Shown: piece after piece, positions 37,201-49,451 of the stretch
Numbering within the stretch: the first letter of the stretch is position 1
Layout: each line of letters opens with the position of its first letter
Source of the DNA: Squalus acanthias
Lineage: Eukaryota
NCBI GenBank assembly: GCA_030390025.1
Contig: CM059431.1
Location: 155,064,001-155,128,000, forward strand
Direction of reading: 5' to 3'
DNA length: 64,000 nucleotides
Notes under the pieces: generated by a model
Database searches by the model: none
Told to the model about the DNA's origin: nothing
What the model saw: only the letters and a program-made list of their open reading frames with translations
Position numbers and translations under genes: made by a program

Positions 37201-37905
37201 AGGAATTATTATTTACTGTGACCATGATTGATTTAAACCGTTGAGTTCTTTGCCTTCTACTTTTGTTTATCTCCTTCCTGTCTTTTGCTTTTATCCTTGT
37301 TTCCCTCTCCTCTGTCTCCCTGCTCAGGTTCCCAACACCCTGCCACTTTAGTTGAAACCCTCCCCAACAGCACTAGCAAAAACTCCCGCTAGGACATCAG
37401 TCCCGGCCCTGCCCAGGTGCAGACCGTCCGATTGTACTGGTCCCACCTCCCCCAGAACCGGTTCCAATGTCCAAGGAATTTGAATCTCTCCCCCTTGCAC
37501 CATTCCTCTAGCCACGTATTCATTTGAAATATCCTCCTATTTCTACTCTGACTAGCACGTGGCACTGGTAGCAATCCTGTGATTACTACCTTTGAGGTCA
37601 TATTTTTACATTTACCTCCTAACACCCTATATTCTGCTTTTAGGACCTCATCCCGTTTTTTACCTATATCGTTGTTGCCTATGTGAACCACGACAACTTG
37701 CTGTTCGCCATCCCCCTCCAAAATGTTCTGTAGCCGCTCCATGACGTCCTTGTCCCTTGCACCAGGGACGCAACACACCATCCTGGAGTCTCATTTGCGG
37801 CCGCAGAAACGCCTCTTTATTCCCCTTAAAATTGAGTCCCCTATCACTATAGCTCTTCCACAGTTTTTCCTCCCAGCCTGTGCAGCAGCAGAGCCACCCA
37901 TGGTG
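34266..37905 (-). mobile_element. Well-preserved CR1 LINE (ORF1 esterase part and almost intact ORF2)
   Basis: ORFs 36038-37225 (APE) and 34698-36038 (RT: YLDFQKAFD, GVPQG, FADD) separated by one frameshift; ORF1 VHIGNNDIG. Confidence 0.93.
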
Positions 37906-40310
37906 CTAGGAAGTTTCCCTGCAGTTTAGGTTCTCTGCCTTCCTCTCACTATTTGGAGGCCTATAGAATACCCCCAATAGCGTGACCATACCCTTTTTGC
38001 TCCTCAAATCTAACCAAATGGACTTGTGCTTATCCTCTAAAGAACATCTTCCCTTTCCAACACTACAAATTGGGCCAGAAATTCGGCTTTCCGGCTTCCT
38101 GCGGGTGCAAGCTTCGCGCGCGTACTTACATACCACGCCTGCAGTTGTGCTTTGAACCCACGAGGACTTCGGGTCCTGGGCCTCCTCCAGCTGCCGGCGC
38201 GCAGTGCTTGCGTATCCCAGGGGCGCAGTTAGTTCAAAGCGTCCGCTGGGATCACGTGGGCCATGGAGAGCAAATCCTAGCAGGGCATTTTCATTCATAG
38301 ATATGACAGGAAGAATAGAGATCGGCCCCAAAACCACACTTAAACTTCAAATACATTTGTAAAAAAACATAACATTTTTAAAATAACTAAATGTTACATA
38401 AATGAACTACTTTAAACAAAAATGTAAATAGTTGAAAAAAATAATTATACATTTTAACGGTGCTAAAAATAAACTTACCTTTCTTTAAAATATCTAAAAT
38501 AGATAAATCTGCTGAAAAAATGTTTAAATTGTAATTAATTAAGCACTTACCTTGTTAAAAACAGGCCTTGCGCCTCCTTTTTAAAAGTGCAGCTTTTCAT
38601 ACTTATCTTCCTGGAGAAACCTGAAAAAAACCCGAAGTTTGCTGTGTGCGCGCAGCCTCTCCCGCGCACGCGTTCGACTTCTGAACCCCACCCTTCTGGG
38701 GAACGGAAGGTCCGGTTTCCCGCGCATGCGTAGATCATGCAGGAATCCGGCACTTCAGGTGGCCTTACGGGTGAGTACACAGCGCGTATTCACCGGACAA
38801 GAGCCGAATTTCTGGCCCAATGTCTTTCTTAATCAGCACTGCCACGCCTCCTCCCTTTTTTTCTTCCCTATCTTTTCTGAACACCTTCAACCCTTTAATA
38901 TTAATGCCCAGTCCTCATAATTTTTAAGCCACGTTTCCGTTATTGCCACAATATCATATTACCACACGGCTAATTGTGCTTGTAGCTCACCAATTTTATT
39001 CACCACACTTTGTGCGTTTATGTACATGCATTATAAACCCATTTTTGAATTTTGCCTACTCTTTCTTCGTCTGCTCCTATCTAATATGGTACTACTTCCG
39101 CCTCCAGCACTACCGTCCCCTCCAGTACGATCCAACACACTTCTGCAGCTTTGACATATTTCTATTTATCCCTGATGTCAATTTGTCACTGATGCCTTAT
39201 TATCTTGGTTAAACTCGCTGTCCCTTCCTGACCCACTCTGCTGATATTTACCCAAAACTCTACTCTGCTCTAGAGCCTTGACATTTCTCTCGCAGCTTTT
39301 AAACTGGCTCTTCCCTCGAACCTCCCACCCCCACCCCTTCATTATTTTAACTCACTGTCTACTGCACTTGCTATTCGGTTCGCCAGGACTTTGGTCCCAG
39401 TCTGGTTTAAGTGGAGCTCGTCCCAAAGGAACAGCTCCCTCGTTCCCTAGTACTGGTGCCAGTGCCCCATGAGGTGAAACCCCTTCCTTCCACATCACTC
39501 TTTGTGCCACGCATTAAACCTCGAATCTGTTTGTCCCTAAGCCAATTTGCAAGTGGCTCGGGTAACAATCTAGAGATATTTTGCTTTGATATTCTGCTTT
39601 TTAATTTGGAGCCTAGCTCCTCAAACTCCCTCAGCAGAACGTCATTCCTAGTTCTACCTATCTTGATTCCTACGTAGACCACGACACCTGGATCCTCCCA
39701 CCCCCCCCCCCCCCCCCACTCCAAGTTCATCTCCAGCCGAGAGGAGATGTCTTTCACCCTGGCACCGGGCAGGCAACACAACCTTTGAAACTCTCGGTCG
39801 CGCCTGCGGAGTACAGTATCTGTCCCGCTGTATATAATGTCCCTTGCCACAACAACATTCCCTTTCACTCCCCCAGTTAAATGGCCTCCTGCACCATGAT
39901 GCCATGGTCAGCTTGCTCATTTTTCCTGCATGCTTTTCCTTCATCCACACATGCAGCAAGAACCTCATACCTGCTGTACAAGGGCAAAGGCTGAGTCGCC
40001 TCCAGTACTTCAGCTGGGGTCCCCTTCGCTGTCTGAGTTGCACTCACACCCTCTTGTCCCTGATCGCTAAACAGATCTGTATCATTACCTAACCTAAGGG
40101 GTGTGACTGCCTCCTGGATCAAAGTGTCCAGGTAACTCTCCCCATCTCAGAAACCCCGCAATGTCTACACCTCAGACTCCAGCTCAAAAATTCTGAGCTG
40201 AAGTTCCTCAAGTTGCAGGCAATTACTGCAAACGTGGTTGGCCCGGATCACAATGCTCTCCACAAACTCTCACATGCTGCAGTTGCGGCACACCACCTGC
40301 ACTGCCATCC
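37906..40310 (-). mobile_element. CR1 5' fragments (APE start and ORF1) split by a MITE
   Basis: LLGVFYRPPNS; sequence colinear with 20280-20700 on both sides of the MITE; ORF1 motifs at 39407-40122. Confidence 0.8.
38072..38818. mobile_element. MITE with perfect terminal inverted repeats
   Basis: (att)gggccagaaattcggct ... agccgaatttctggccc(aat); the host CR1 resumes on both sides. Confidence 0.88.
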
Positions 40311-40512
40311 CTTTATGACCTTGTTTTATTTAATTCAATCTAATTATATGTGTAATTAGAAACCCTATCAAATCACGTAATCATGTTCAAAACCTCAATT
40401 AGAGGATCCATTAATCTTTTATACTCAAGGGAAAACCAGCCTAGTCTTTGTAACCAATCTTCCTAATTTAAACATTTTAGCCCGCTCATCATCATATGCT
40501 GTACTCCCATGA

Positions 40513-40584
40513 GTTGCAATGTCCAAGTAGAAAGGCGTCGGTCTCAGAAACCGAAGAGTGCAGTTTCGATCATTGTACGTGTAA
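40513..40584 (+). pseudogene. Decayed tRNA copy, resembling vertebrate tRNA-Thr(CGT)
   Basis: ccaagtagaaaggcgtcggtct-cag-aaaccgaaga...ttcga; anticodon stem TCGGT/ACCGA intact, acceptor and T stems broken; T6 run near 40599. Confidence 0.65.
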
Positions 40585-41139
40585 GCTTTGAGGCTCCATT
40601 TTTTAACAAACTATTTTTTTCGCGAAAGCTCTTAATAGCCCCATGAGCTTGTCTCCCAGCGTCTTAGCTGGAATGTCAAACACCCCAAGTAAACAATGAA
40701 CATTTAACAATTCTGCTGGAGTAGTTTACCATGGAGTAGCGTTTTTTGAGGTCAGTATTTACTACACTTTAAATTTTATTTTCGATTGACACAGAGAGAA
40801 CATTGTGTTCCAGACGTTCGATGTTACGAAAATAAATTATTTTTGGCAAATCTTGGCCGCGTCTTCATGATCTCAGAACAATTAATGTTTCCTGATACAT
40901 CGATTATCAATCTATCGATAATTTCACGAATTATTGACTGTAATCGATTGAGAGTTCTCGATCTATTAAAGATTCCCAATCTTTTCGCTGATCCAAATCC
41001 AGTGAATGATACAGCAATTTGTAGGTCCAGGCCTGGCGGAGGCCACAGTGGGGTCGCTCTGGCTGCCCATACCAGGGAGCAGGGACCACCTGGTGTATGC
41101 TTGAGTCCATTCCCGACCGGGGGCATCGCAAGATATAAT

Positions 41140-42010
41140 CATAGAATCATACAAATTTAAAGCACAGAAGCAGGCCAATCGGCCCATCTTCTCCGTGGCG
41201 ACCGACAAAGAGCTATCCACCCTAATCCCACGTGACAGGGCTTGGTCCGTAGCCTTGTAGGTTATTGCACTTCAAGTGCAGATACTAGTACTTTTTAAAT
41301 GTGATGAAGGTCTCTGGTTCTAACACGTTTCAGGCAGTGAGTTCCAGATCCCCACCAACCTCTGTGTGGAAACATTTCTCCTCCAATCCACTCGAAACCT
41401 GCGACCAATTACTTTAAATCTATGCCCCCTGGTTATTGAACCTTGTGCTAAGGGAAATAGAGCCTTCCTATCCACACTATTTCGGCCCATCATAAATTTA
41501 TACACCTCGATTACGTCTCCCCTGAGCCTCCTCTGTTCCTAAGAAAACAACCCCAGCCTCTCCAATCTTTCCTCATAGCTAAAATTCCCGAGACCAGGCA
41601 ACATCGACGTAAATCTCCTCTTGACCCTCTCTAGTTCAATCAAATCCTTCCTGTAATGTGGTGACCAGATCTCAATGCAGTATTCTAGCTGCGGCGTAAC
41701 TAGGATTTTAGACAGTTCAAGCATAATTTCCCTGCTCTTATATTCTATGCCTCGGCTAATAAAGGCAAGTATCGTGTATGACTTCTTAACCACCTTATCT
41801 ACCTGTCCTGCTACCTTCAGTGATCTGAGGACATGCACTCCAAGGTCCCTCTGATCTTCTGCACTTCTCAGTGTCCTACCATTTAATTTGTATTCCTTTG
41901 CCTTGCTGGCCCTCCCCAAATGCATTACCTCAATCTTCTCCAGAGTGAATTCCATTTGCCGCTGCTCTGCCCACCTGACCAGTTCATTGATATCTTCCTG
42001 CAGTCTGCAG
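41140..42010 (-). mobile_element. CR1 3' end
   Basis: QRDLGV...LEYCIEIWSPHYRKD...TRGH. Confidence 0.88.
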
Positions 42011-42449
42011 CTTTTTTCTTGACTGCAATATAATTAAATATCAAGGGCTGCGTATAACGGGCAGCTGATCCGATCCGATACCGACAGTTTTTCTCCACCG
42101 CCCGAGACGAATTTCCATCCTATTGTTTTTTTTAGCCATCAATAAGCATATCCTCATTTAGTTGGGATGGTATCCTTTTGTTTTGGTGGCACCTGATGCT
42201 TATTTTGCATATTTTTATTTTGATGGCACCATCGCATATGCCTACAAGGGGCATTTGTGATGGTTTTTGTTGTGTGATCCTGGTGAAACCCACTGTGACA
42301 CTTATTGGTTCATCAAAAATGCCCAAATCTAGTAATGTTTCCCATCCATTGCTGTTTCATTTAGAAGTGAGCGATTTCGAGCCTATTTCAATTGGATTTT
42401 GGACTGTCCCTTTGCCTGTGGCTTCTCTCGGTCACTTGCTCAGCGGCTA

Positions 42450-42930
42450 AGAACATAAGAACATAATAATTAGGAGCAGGAGTAGGCCGAGCGGCCCCTC
42501 AAGCCTGCTCCACCATTCAATAAGATCATGACTGATCTTTTACATCAACTCCATCTTACCCACTATCTCCATTTCCCTCGATTCCCTTAGTGGCCACAAA
42601 TCTATCGAACTCAGCCTTGAAAATGCTCAACGACTGAGCATCCACAGCCCTCTGGGCTAGAGAATTGCAAATATTCACAACCGTCTGAGTGAATACATTT
42701 CTTCACATCTCAGTCGTAAATGGCCGCCCACTTCATCCTGAAACTATGACTCCTAGTTGTATATCCTCTAGCCAGGGGCAACATCCGCTCAGCATCTAAC
42801 CTGCTAAGCTCTCTAAGAATTTCATACGTTTCAGTGAGATTACACCTCTTCTTCCAAGCTACAGAAAATATAGGCCTATTCTACACCATGACTACTCAAA
42901 GGACATCCCTCTCATCGCAGGAATCAGTCT
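42450..42930 (-). mobile_element. CR1 3' end
   Basis: aagaacataagaacat tail; 3' UTR as at 30847 and 56723. Confidence 0.85.
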
Positions 42931-42989
42931 AGTTGAAGGGAAAATGAGGCTGAATTGTGTCACCATGCCCTGCGAAATTGTGCCTGACG

Positions 42990-44340
42990 AGACTCAGAGT
43001 ACTCTCGGCTAATGGGCGAGGCAGATGCAAAGCTTGCCCTGTGCTTTGCGGAGGGCGAGAGTACCATGTGCTATCTAGAGTGTCAGATTACCTTGTGATG
43101 ATATGTAGAGGTTAATAGTACCTTGGGTATAAAAAGGAAAATAGTACACTGGTATATTGGCCTGAAAAGTCTAGGAGTTCTCTGGTTTATTGGGCCTGTA
43201 GAGGTTCAGAGTACCCTGGGCTATAAAGAAGGATAGCGTACAATGAGCTATTGAATCTGCAGAGTGTCAGATTTCCCCGGGGCTATTGGATCTGTGGAGG
43301 ATGAGAGTGCCCTGGGTTATATAGACGTTCAGATTACTTGTGCTATTAGGCCTGTATATTCTCAGACTACCTTTGGCTATGCAGTGGGTCAGAATTCCCT
43401 GGGCTTTTTTGCATGTACTGTGTCGGAGTTCCCTGTGAAATTGAGGCTGTAGTTCGTCAGCTTTTGGGGCAGTAGAGACTCAGAGTACCCTTGGATATTG
43501 AGTCTGTAAAGGATCAGAGCGCCAAAGTGCAATGGGCAATGATAAGGTTCAGAGTACCCTCAGCTACTGGACTGATAGTGAACTGGAAAGCATTGCTTGA
43601 AAGGGTGGTGGATGAAGACTGAACAGTAACATTCAAAAGAAAATTGGAAAAATACATGAAGGAAAGCAATTTCAGGGCTATGATGAAAGAAATGGTGAGT
43701 ACGACTAATTGGATAGTTCTACAGAAGAGCTGGCACAGGCACGATGGGCGGAATTGCCTCCTCTGTATTGGCCCTGTAGTATTTCAGAGTACCCTAGGCT
43801 ATGAAGTGTTCAAAAGCATTCTGGGGTATATAGAGGACTCCCTTGGCTACTGGGCTGTATAGACGGTCAGTCTAGCCTGAGCAAATCAGTGGTTCAGTCG
43901 TCCTGGGCTATTGCTCCTGCAGAGGAACAGCCTGCCCTGGGCAATACAGAAGGTCAGAGTATCTTCTGCTATTGGGCCTGTAAAGGGTCAGAATGCTATG
44001 TGCTGTTGGGCCTGCAGAGGTTCCGATTAACTTCTGCTATTGGGCCTGTAGAGTGTCAGAGATTCCTGTGCAATTGGGACTGTAGTGGCTCAGAGTACCA
44101 TGGATATTGGGCCAATAGAATGTCAGGGTTCCTTGGGCTATTGGGTCTTGGGTGGGTCAGAGTACCTTGGGCTAGGCATCGACTCAGCATATCCATGGCT
44201 ACTGGGAATGCTTAGGGTTAGAGTACCCCGGGCTATGTCGAGGATAAGATTCCCTGGCCAATGGGCATGTGGATGCTCAGAGTACCCTGAGGCTATTGGA
44301 TATGCAAGGGTCAGAGTATCCTGGGCTATTGGCTTGCCTA
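42990..44340 (+). repeat. Degenerate ~35-bp tandem array with an internal CR1 3' fragment (about 43590-43765)
   Basis: Recurring ggctattgggcctgtagag(g)gtcagagtaccct units. Confidence 0.8.
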
Positions 44341-44341
44341 G

Positions 44342-44465
44342 GATGTTACATCTCTAACTTTTACCAGTTCTGATGAAAGGTCTTCGAGCTGAAACGTTAA
44401 CTTTGTCACTATCTCCACATATGCTGCCTGACCTGCTGAGTATTTCCAGCATTTTCTGATTTTCT
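44342..44465 (+). mobile_element. Short Penelope-like fragment with a hammerhead-like motif (44367-44401)
   Basis: GTT-CTGATGA-AAGGTC(ttc)GAGCT-GAAA-CGTT-AAC, then tgctgcctgacctgctgagtatttccagc; stem II has a mismatch. Confidence 0.7.
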
Positions 44466-44939
44466 TCACGATATCATTGTTCAGTTCCTTGCAGAGTAAT
44501 TTCCTGGCATCAGTGAACTCTACCGCTCTACAAACTAAATTTTCAATAGTTTTATCAATATGTATCAAAAGATTATTGCAAATCAAATTATTCATGTAAA
44601 AATAATGGCAATATGCATGCCTTTGAAATTGGGACGGAATTATATCCGCCCATCTCTGGAATAACTCCTCTTCACTTGAGGATATCAACTTCGTGGAAAA
44701 ATTCTTGTCTCTGAGTCAAACCGTGCACAGTTCCATCACCAATCTCAGCGAGCTGAGAGCTGAACTCCGGCTCTGAATTCTGTGATAACATCCAACGGCA
44801 ACAGTAGAAGCATTACCGGGACTTGCTGTCATTAAAAAATGGGAGCAGTGTTTATGATCTAATGTCGTTCAATATAGTGTTCGTTCCGGAGGGTTGTGAA
44901 GTGCCTAATCAAAAGATGATGTACCATTCCGCGAGCTTC

Positions 44940-45235
44940 CGATGAGCATCATTGGCCGAGCACAATGAGGTCACCGTGGGATGGAGAATTATAATGGCAA
45001 GCCAAAAGGAAGCTCAGGGTCACGCTTGCGGAGTGAACAGAGGTGTTCAGCAAAGCGATGATTGATTCTGCACTGGTCTCCCCACTGTAGTGGAGACCAC
45101 GTCGTGAACAGCGAATACAGTATAATAAATTGAAAGAATTACTAGTATATCGCTGTCTAACCTGAATGGAGTACTTAGGTCCCTGGACAGTGGTAAGGGA
45201 GGAATGGAAAGGGCAGGTGTTGCATCTCCTGCGCT
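44940..45235 (-). mobile_element. Decayed Penelope GIY-YIG fragment
   Basis: Minus strand GET...RFAEHLCSLRKRDPELP...YNSPSH, read across frameshifts. Confidence 0.55.
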
Positions 45236-45365
45236 CGCTTGTGGTTTCTTTTCTCTCTGGAGCACATCCCGAAAATGTTCAAAAACTGGCCTGATTAAAT
45301 AGAGTATCACCTACAAAATATACACAACACAATTGCATCAAACAATCTTCATGTTAAGTAATCAT

Positions 45366-45453
45366 TTATTCTGTAATTACAGTCAAATGACCCGATACAC
45401 TGACCGACTTCAGATTTGTCAGTCCTTCTGCAGAGAATTAATTGTGAGTCAAA
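45366..45453 (-). pseudogene. NLR B last exon (LTHN*FSAEGLTNLKSV...ITE*)
   Basis: tttttcag|T acceptor; homologous in pattern and phase to 12508-12592; internal TAA. Confidence 0.7.
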
Positions 45454-45697
45454 CTGAAAAATATTAAAATAACGAAACAAAATTATCGATACGGAGTGGA
45501 ATCTTCCGTTCACTGTGAGTAGCAATATTATTAAATTCATTCAAAATAAATGTGTTTACTCATGCGAAGGAGATTAATTTTCCACAAGATAATGATTTCA
45601 TTTTCCCCATATCTGGTCTATTCAAATTAAAATATCGGAAATACATTTTACACGTGAAAGAACATTTAAATAATAAATAGGTAACTCGGAAACTCAA

Positions 45698-45889
45698 CTG
45701 GTTTCCTTGAGATTAGCTCTACTCTGGATGAGACGGCGCAATGCCGGAACGGAATAGTCAGTCAGTCTGTTGGCCCGTTCGCCATCCTGATTTTCGTTAC
45801 TCAGATCGAGCTCGATGAGTGAACCGTTTTCACGGAGGGCAGAGACCAGATTTTCCACACAATGATCTGTGAGATCGTTAGATTTTAAC
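45698..45889 (-). pseudogene. NLR B LRR exon, 192 nt
   Basis: ctgcag|G acceptor; LKSNDLTDHCVENL...PALRRLIQ; same length as the gene A exon; donor reads TTGAGT. Confidence 0.88.
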
Positions 45890-47099
45890 CTGCAGTGACC
45901 GAAAAATAAACAGAAATTATACAAGACGCTCATACATTAAAAACATCACCACTTGCTAATAATTACTGTGAAATTTCAGAAACACGGGAGAAAGCTTTTG
46001 ATATGTGCCTTTTTTTCCTGTTTCTAAATTATTTTCATCTTAATGTTAATTGAAAAGTGAGCTGCCTGATCATCATTAACACACTAATTAGAATTATTAT
46101 CGATAAAAAACTTTTCAGTTGTGCTGTTCTAATTATTAAACGTAATTACTCACTCCAATCTCGGAATGTTACCATCACTTTTATTCAGAACGGCAGAGAG
46201 CCGTTTCACTCCCGAATCTCCCAGTTTATTCTCATTGAGTCGAAACACAAATAACCAAAATCAATAATTGATAGGTAGCAATGCAACAGATAGAAAATAT
46301 TGGTAATTAAATAATGTATTTAACGTGGACACTTTGGATATCCAAGACGCGAATATAAGACCCGTAATTCAAATTCAATTTAGTTATAGCGCATGCGGTC
46401 AAATCAGTGACAATCACAAAGTGTACTTGTTTTACCGGGAAGTTACTCTAATGCCCGTGCTCATGATTTAAACATACATTATAAAATTTTTACATTTAAT
46501 GTAGTCACTGTGTGGTTAGCAGATTAAATGCTGTAAATCGTAGCCTGCAATGAAGAGGAATCCACGACATATGTCTCTCACAGGACGATTCTCTTCATTA
46601 ATTGGAGAATTTAGGGTAACATTAGAGACCGTCTCTTTGATCTTGTCTCTATTTTAGGAAAGTTATCTATCTGATGCATTGAGGTTCACAAATGCCTTTA
46701 AATCATCCCCAAGTCTATTGGAGAAACCACTGATGGGGATTGTAACAGATCGCTCGAATGTGCATCAGAGCGGGTGGAGTGATATTCCCTCTCACTTTCC
46801 TTCCCTCCGGACCTCTGATGATGCCGTGGCGCAGCAGTGCGGCTGGAGAGAGTACTCAGAATTTGAGCAATCGCAGACGCGAACCCACATCTAACTGTCT
46901 CATTTGGCAACATTGACATCAAAAACAACATTATTGATTAGGCAAATCTGATCTGATCGAGGAATTGGGAATTTTAGAAAAGTACAGTTAAAACTCGCTT
47001 ATAAATTATTCAAATTGCAAAACATAACAATGTTATTTGGTTACAGTTTAAAATAAAACAGATATTTTGTCACTGACAATGTGGAATTGGCACAAGGTT

Positions 47100-47375
47100 C
47101 AGTAAGCAGAGGACACCGATTTAACGTAATTGGCTAAAAAGCCGTAGGTGACATGAGGGAAACCATTTATGGAGCTAGTTGTTAGGATCTGGAATGCCCT
47201 GCCTGAAAGGCTGGTGGAATCAGATACAGTAGTAGCTTTCCAAAGGGAATTGTATAAATACTTGTAAGGGATAAATATGCAGGGCTATGGGGAAAGAGCA
47301 GGGGGTGGGTCTAATTGGATAGCTCTTTCAAAAACCGGCATAATCACGATGGGCTGTACGATTATGTGATTCTGT
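47100..47375 (+). mobile_element. CR1 3' fragment
   Basis: RGHRF...WNALP-like sequence and gggctatggggaaagagc UTR. Confidence 0.7.
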
Positions 47376-47736
47376 GAAATATTGTCCTTCTACCAACAGC
47401 GATGTAATATATAATGATTAAAGGGTAGGGGAATATATCTTATTGATTAATCCGGATTCTCCGGTCGTGCAAAGAGTGCGCTGGATTCCAATGTAATGTG
47501 CCAACATCCAATCTGATCTAATTAAATGAGCAGCGCAGCAATTTCAGGCATTACCCGAACAGACACTCCGGTGCCGTGTCTTACGGTTCAATTTAGCACA
47601 GCAGATAGTGGAATGAGGGAATGTGTTCATTAATTGATCGAATTGAGTTAATGTTGTTGCTTTTAACTAATATTATCCCACGTGCCAGTAAAACAGTATT
47701 TGTTGATAATGCTTTTTAACGGTTTCGGTGAATTAC

Positions 47737-49451
47737 CTGCGTATTTTACAATTGTGTAGCACGAGCTCCAACTGATGGATGCCTTCATCTTGTATCCCAC
47801 AGGTGCTGAGATTCAACTCTTCAATCACTTCAAGGGCCAATAGTGCGTTTGTCAGAACCGCACAGTCAGAAGGTATAAGAGGACACATTGTGAATTCCAT
47901 TGTCTTTATCGGTGTTAATGCTGCCTTCATCCGTTTTATGTCTCCAAATTCAAGAAAATAATGCAATATCAGTAAGAATGTCCTTTGGCTTTGCCCATCT
48001 TCCAGGTTCTGAACACGTCTTTTGACATTTTCCGTGAGCCAATGCGACACACACGGGAATGCTTGAGAAGGAATTTCCCCCAATTTTCTATCAAGCTGAT
48101 CAGTTGAATTCCGTGAGGAGACACCGACAAGAAAACGAGAAAAATATATTGAATCTCTCGTCAATGCACGTGTAGCCTTCATTGAGCAATCGTGTCACAC
48201 CATTTCCTGGTGTGCTTAGACTTTCCATAAGTGCAGCGAGAAAGTCATGCACGACGGAATGAGTGAGTGTCTAGACAACACTACACAGATGTTCATCTCG
48301 AATCTCCATCATAAACGTAGAGATAACATTGGAAAGTTCGAGTCTGTGGCGATTGATTTGCTTTTCATTAAACACAACGGTTTTTTTGCAACTCCCTTGT
48401 ACGCTAACTCGCCGAGTTTCAGCAACATGTCTTGAGCGGTTTCTGCGTCACAGCCGCATCTCTCGAAAAGGCTTGTGACATACGCGCAGAACACCTGTGT
48501 GCTGGTTGTGACGGACAATGGTCTCTCCCCCGCTCCTTGTACCCGGTGTGACTCTAATAATGAAGCGAGGAGCGAGCAGTACAGAGGATTATAGCACATG
48601 GTGTACATTGTCTCATTCTGCTCAATGTACTCGATTACATCATTCGCAAACTGTTCATCTACAAAATAACGACCGACGTATTGTTTTATTTTCTCAGAGG
48701 TGAAACCCAGAATTTCCACCGTTGGAAATAAGTGTGCCTTTCCCAGTGACTTCAGTTTCCATGTCCGGCTTGTGATCAGTACTGAACAGCCTTTCAGTAA
48801 GTGTCCCTGTATGAAGCAGCGCACGATGTCTGACACTTCACTGCAGCAGTCGGGATCGAAACATTGATATTGGGGGTCGTTGTTTCTCTGAATTTCGGTG
48901 AAATCGATAGTTAAATTTGTCTAAATAATCAAATATAAAGAATATCTTTCCGGGTCCTTTCCACAGAAGTTCCAACTCAGTTTGGAAGTCGGAGTAGGAA
49001 TCCAGGATCAGGCTAGTTAGACATGTTTTTCCTTTTATTAAATTCAATTTTCGAACCTTAAAAGGAAAGACAACTTGAATCTGTTTGTATATTTTCCCTG
49101 CAGCCCAATCATGGATTATCTTCTGTATCATGGTGCGTTTCCCAATTCCCGAGGCCCCAATTACCACGGTTGTCCCAGAACTGCCTGTTTTCGTGAAACT
49201 CAGCAATTGATTCAGGTGAATTTCTTCTCGTTCATTCTGGACGGTTTTGATCTGTAATTCTTCATGCTCTCTACCTCGGGCCTTCAGTTCATTTTCTACG
49301 AATCTCCGCTCACGCAGGGAAGCAACACGCGTTACTTTAGTTTATTTTTCATCCAGAAAAAATCTTCGAAATCTTTTTTTTCCTACAGTGGTTTTGAATG
49401 TCATCTTCACATTTTCTTTGTGGAGAGTGTCTTTGTGCTGCAGTTCTATCT
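47737..49451 (-). pseudogene. NLR B NACHT exon (5' boundary uncertain)
   Basis: EIELQHKDTL... to ...LHNCKIR; donor AG|gtaatt matches gene A. Confidence 0.9.

Larger units (their letters stand above)
45366..49451 (-). pseudogene. NLR gene B (NACHT-LRR paralogue), pseudogene; N-terminal exons not found
   Basis: GASGIGKRTMIQKIIHDWAAGKIY, SDIVRCFIQGHLLKGCSVLITSR, CYNPLYC. Stops at 49342-49344, 48271-48273 and 45438-45440; frameshifts near 48905, 48380 and 48140; mutated donor at 45697. Confidence 0.92.

Noticed and set aside
40985..41135. GC-rich structured patch as an HDV-like ribozyme or 5S-derived RNA
   Set aside because: Only a modest hairpin is visible; I could not build the nested pseudoknot or a 5S alignment. 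An Rfam cmscan would settle it.
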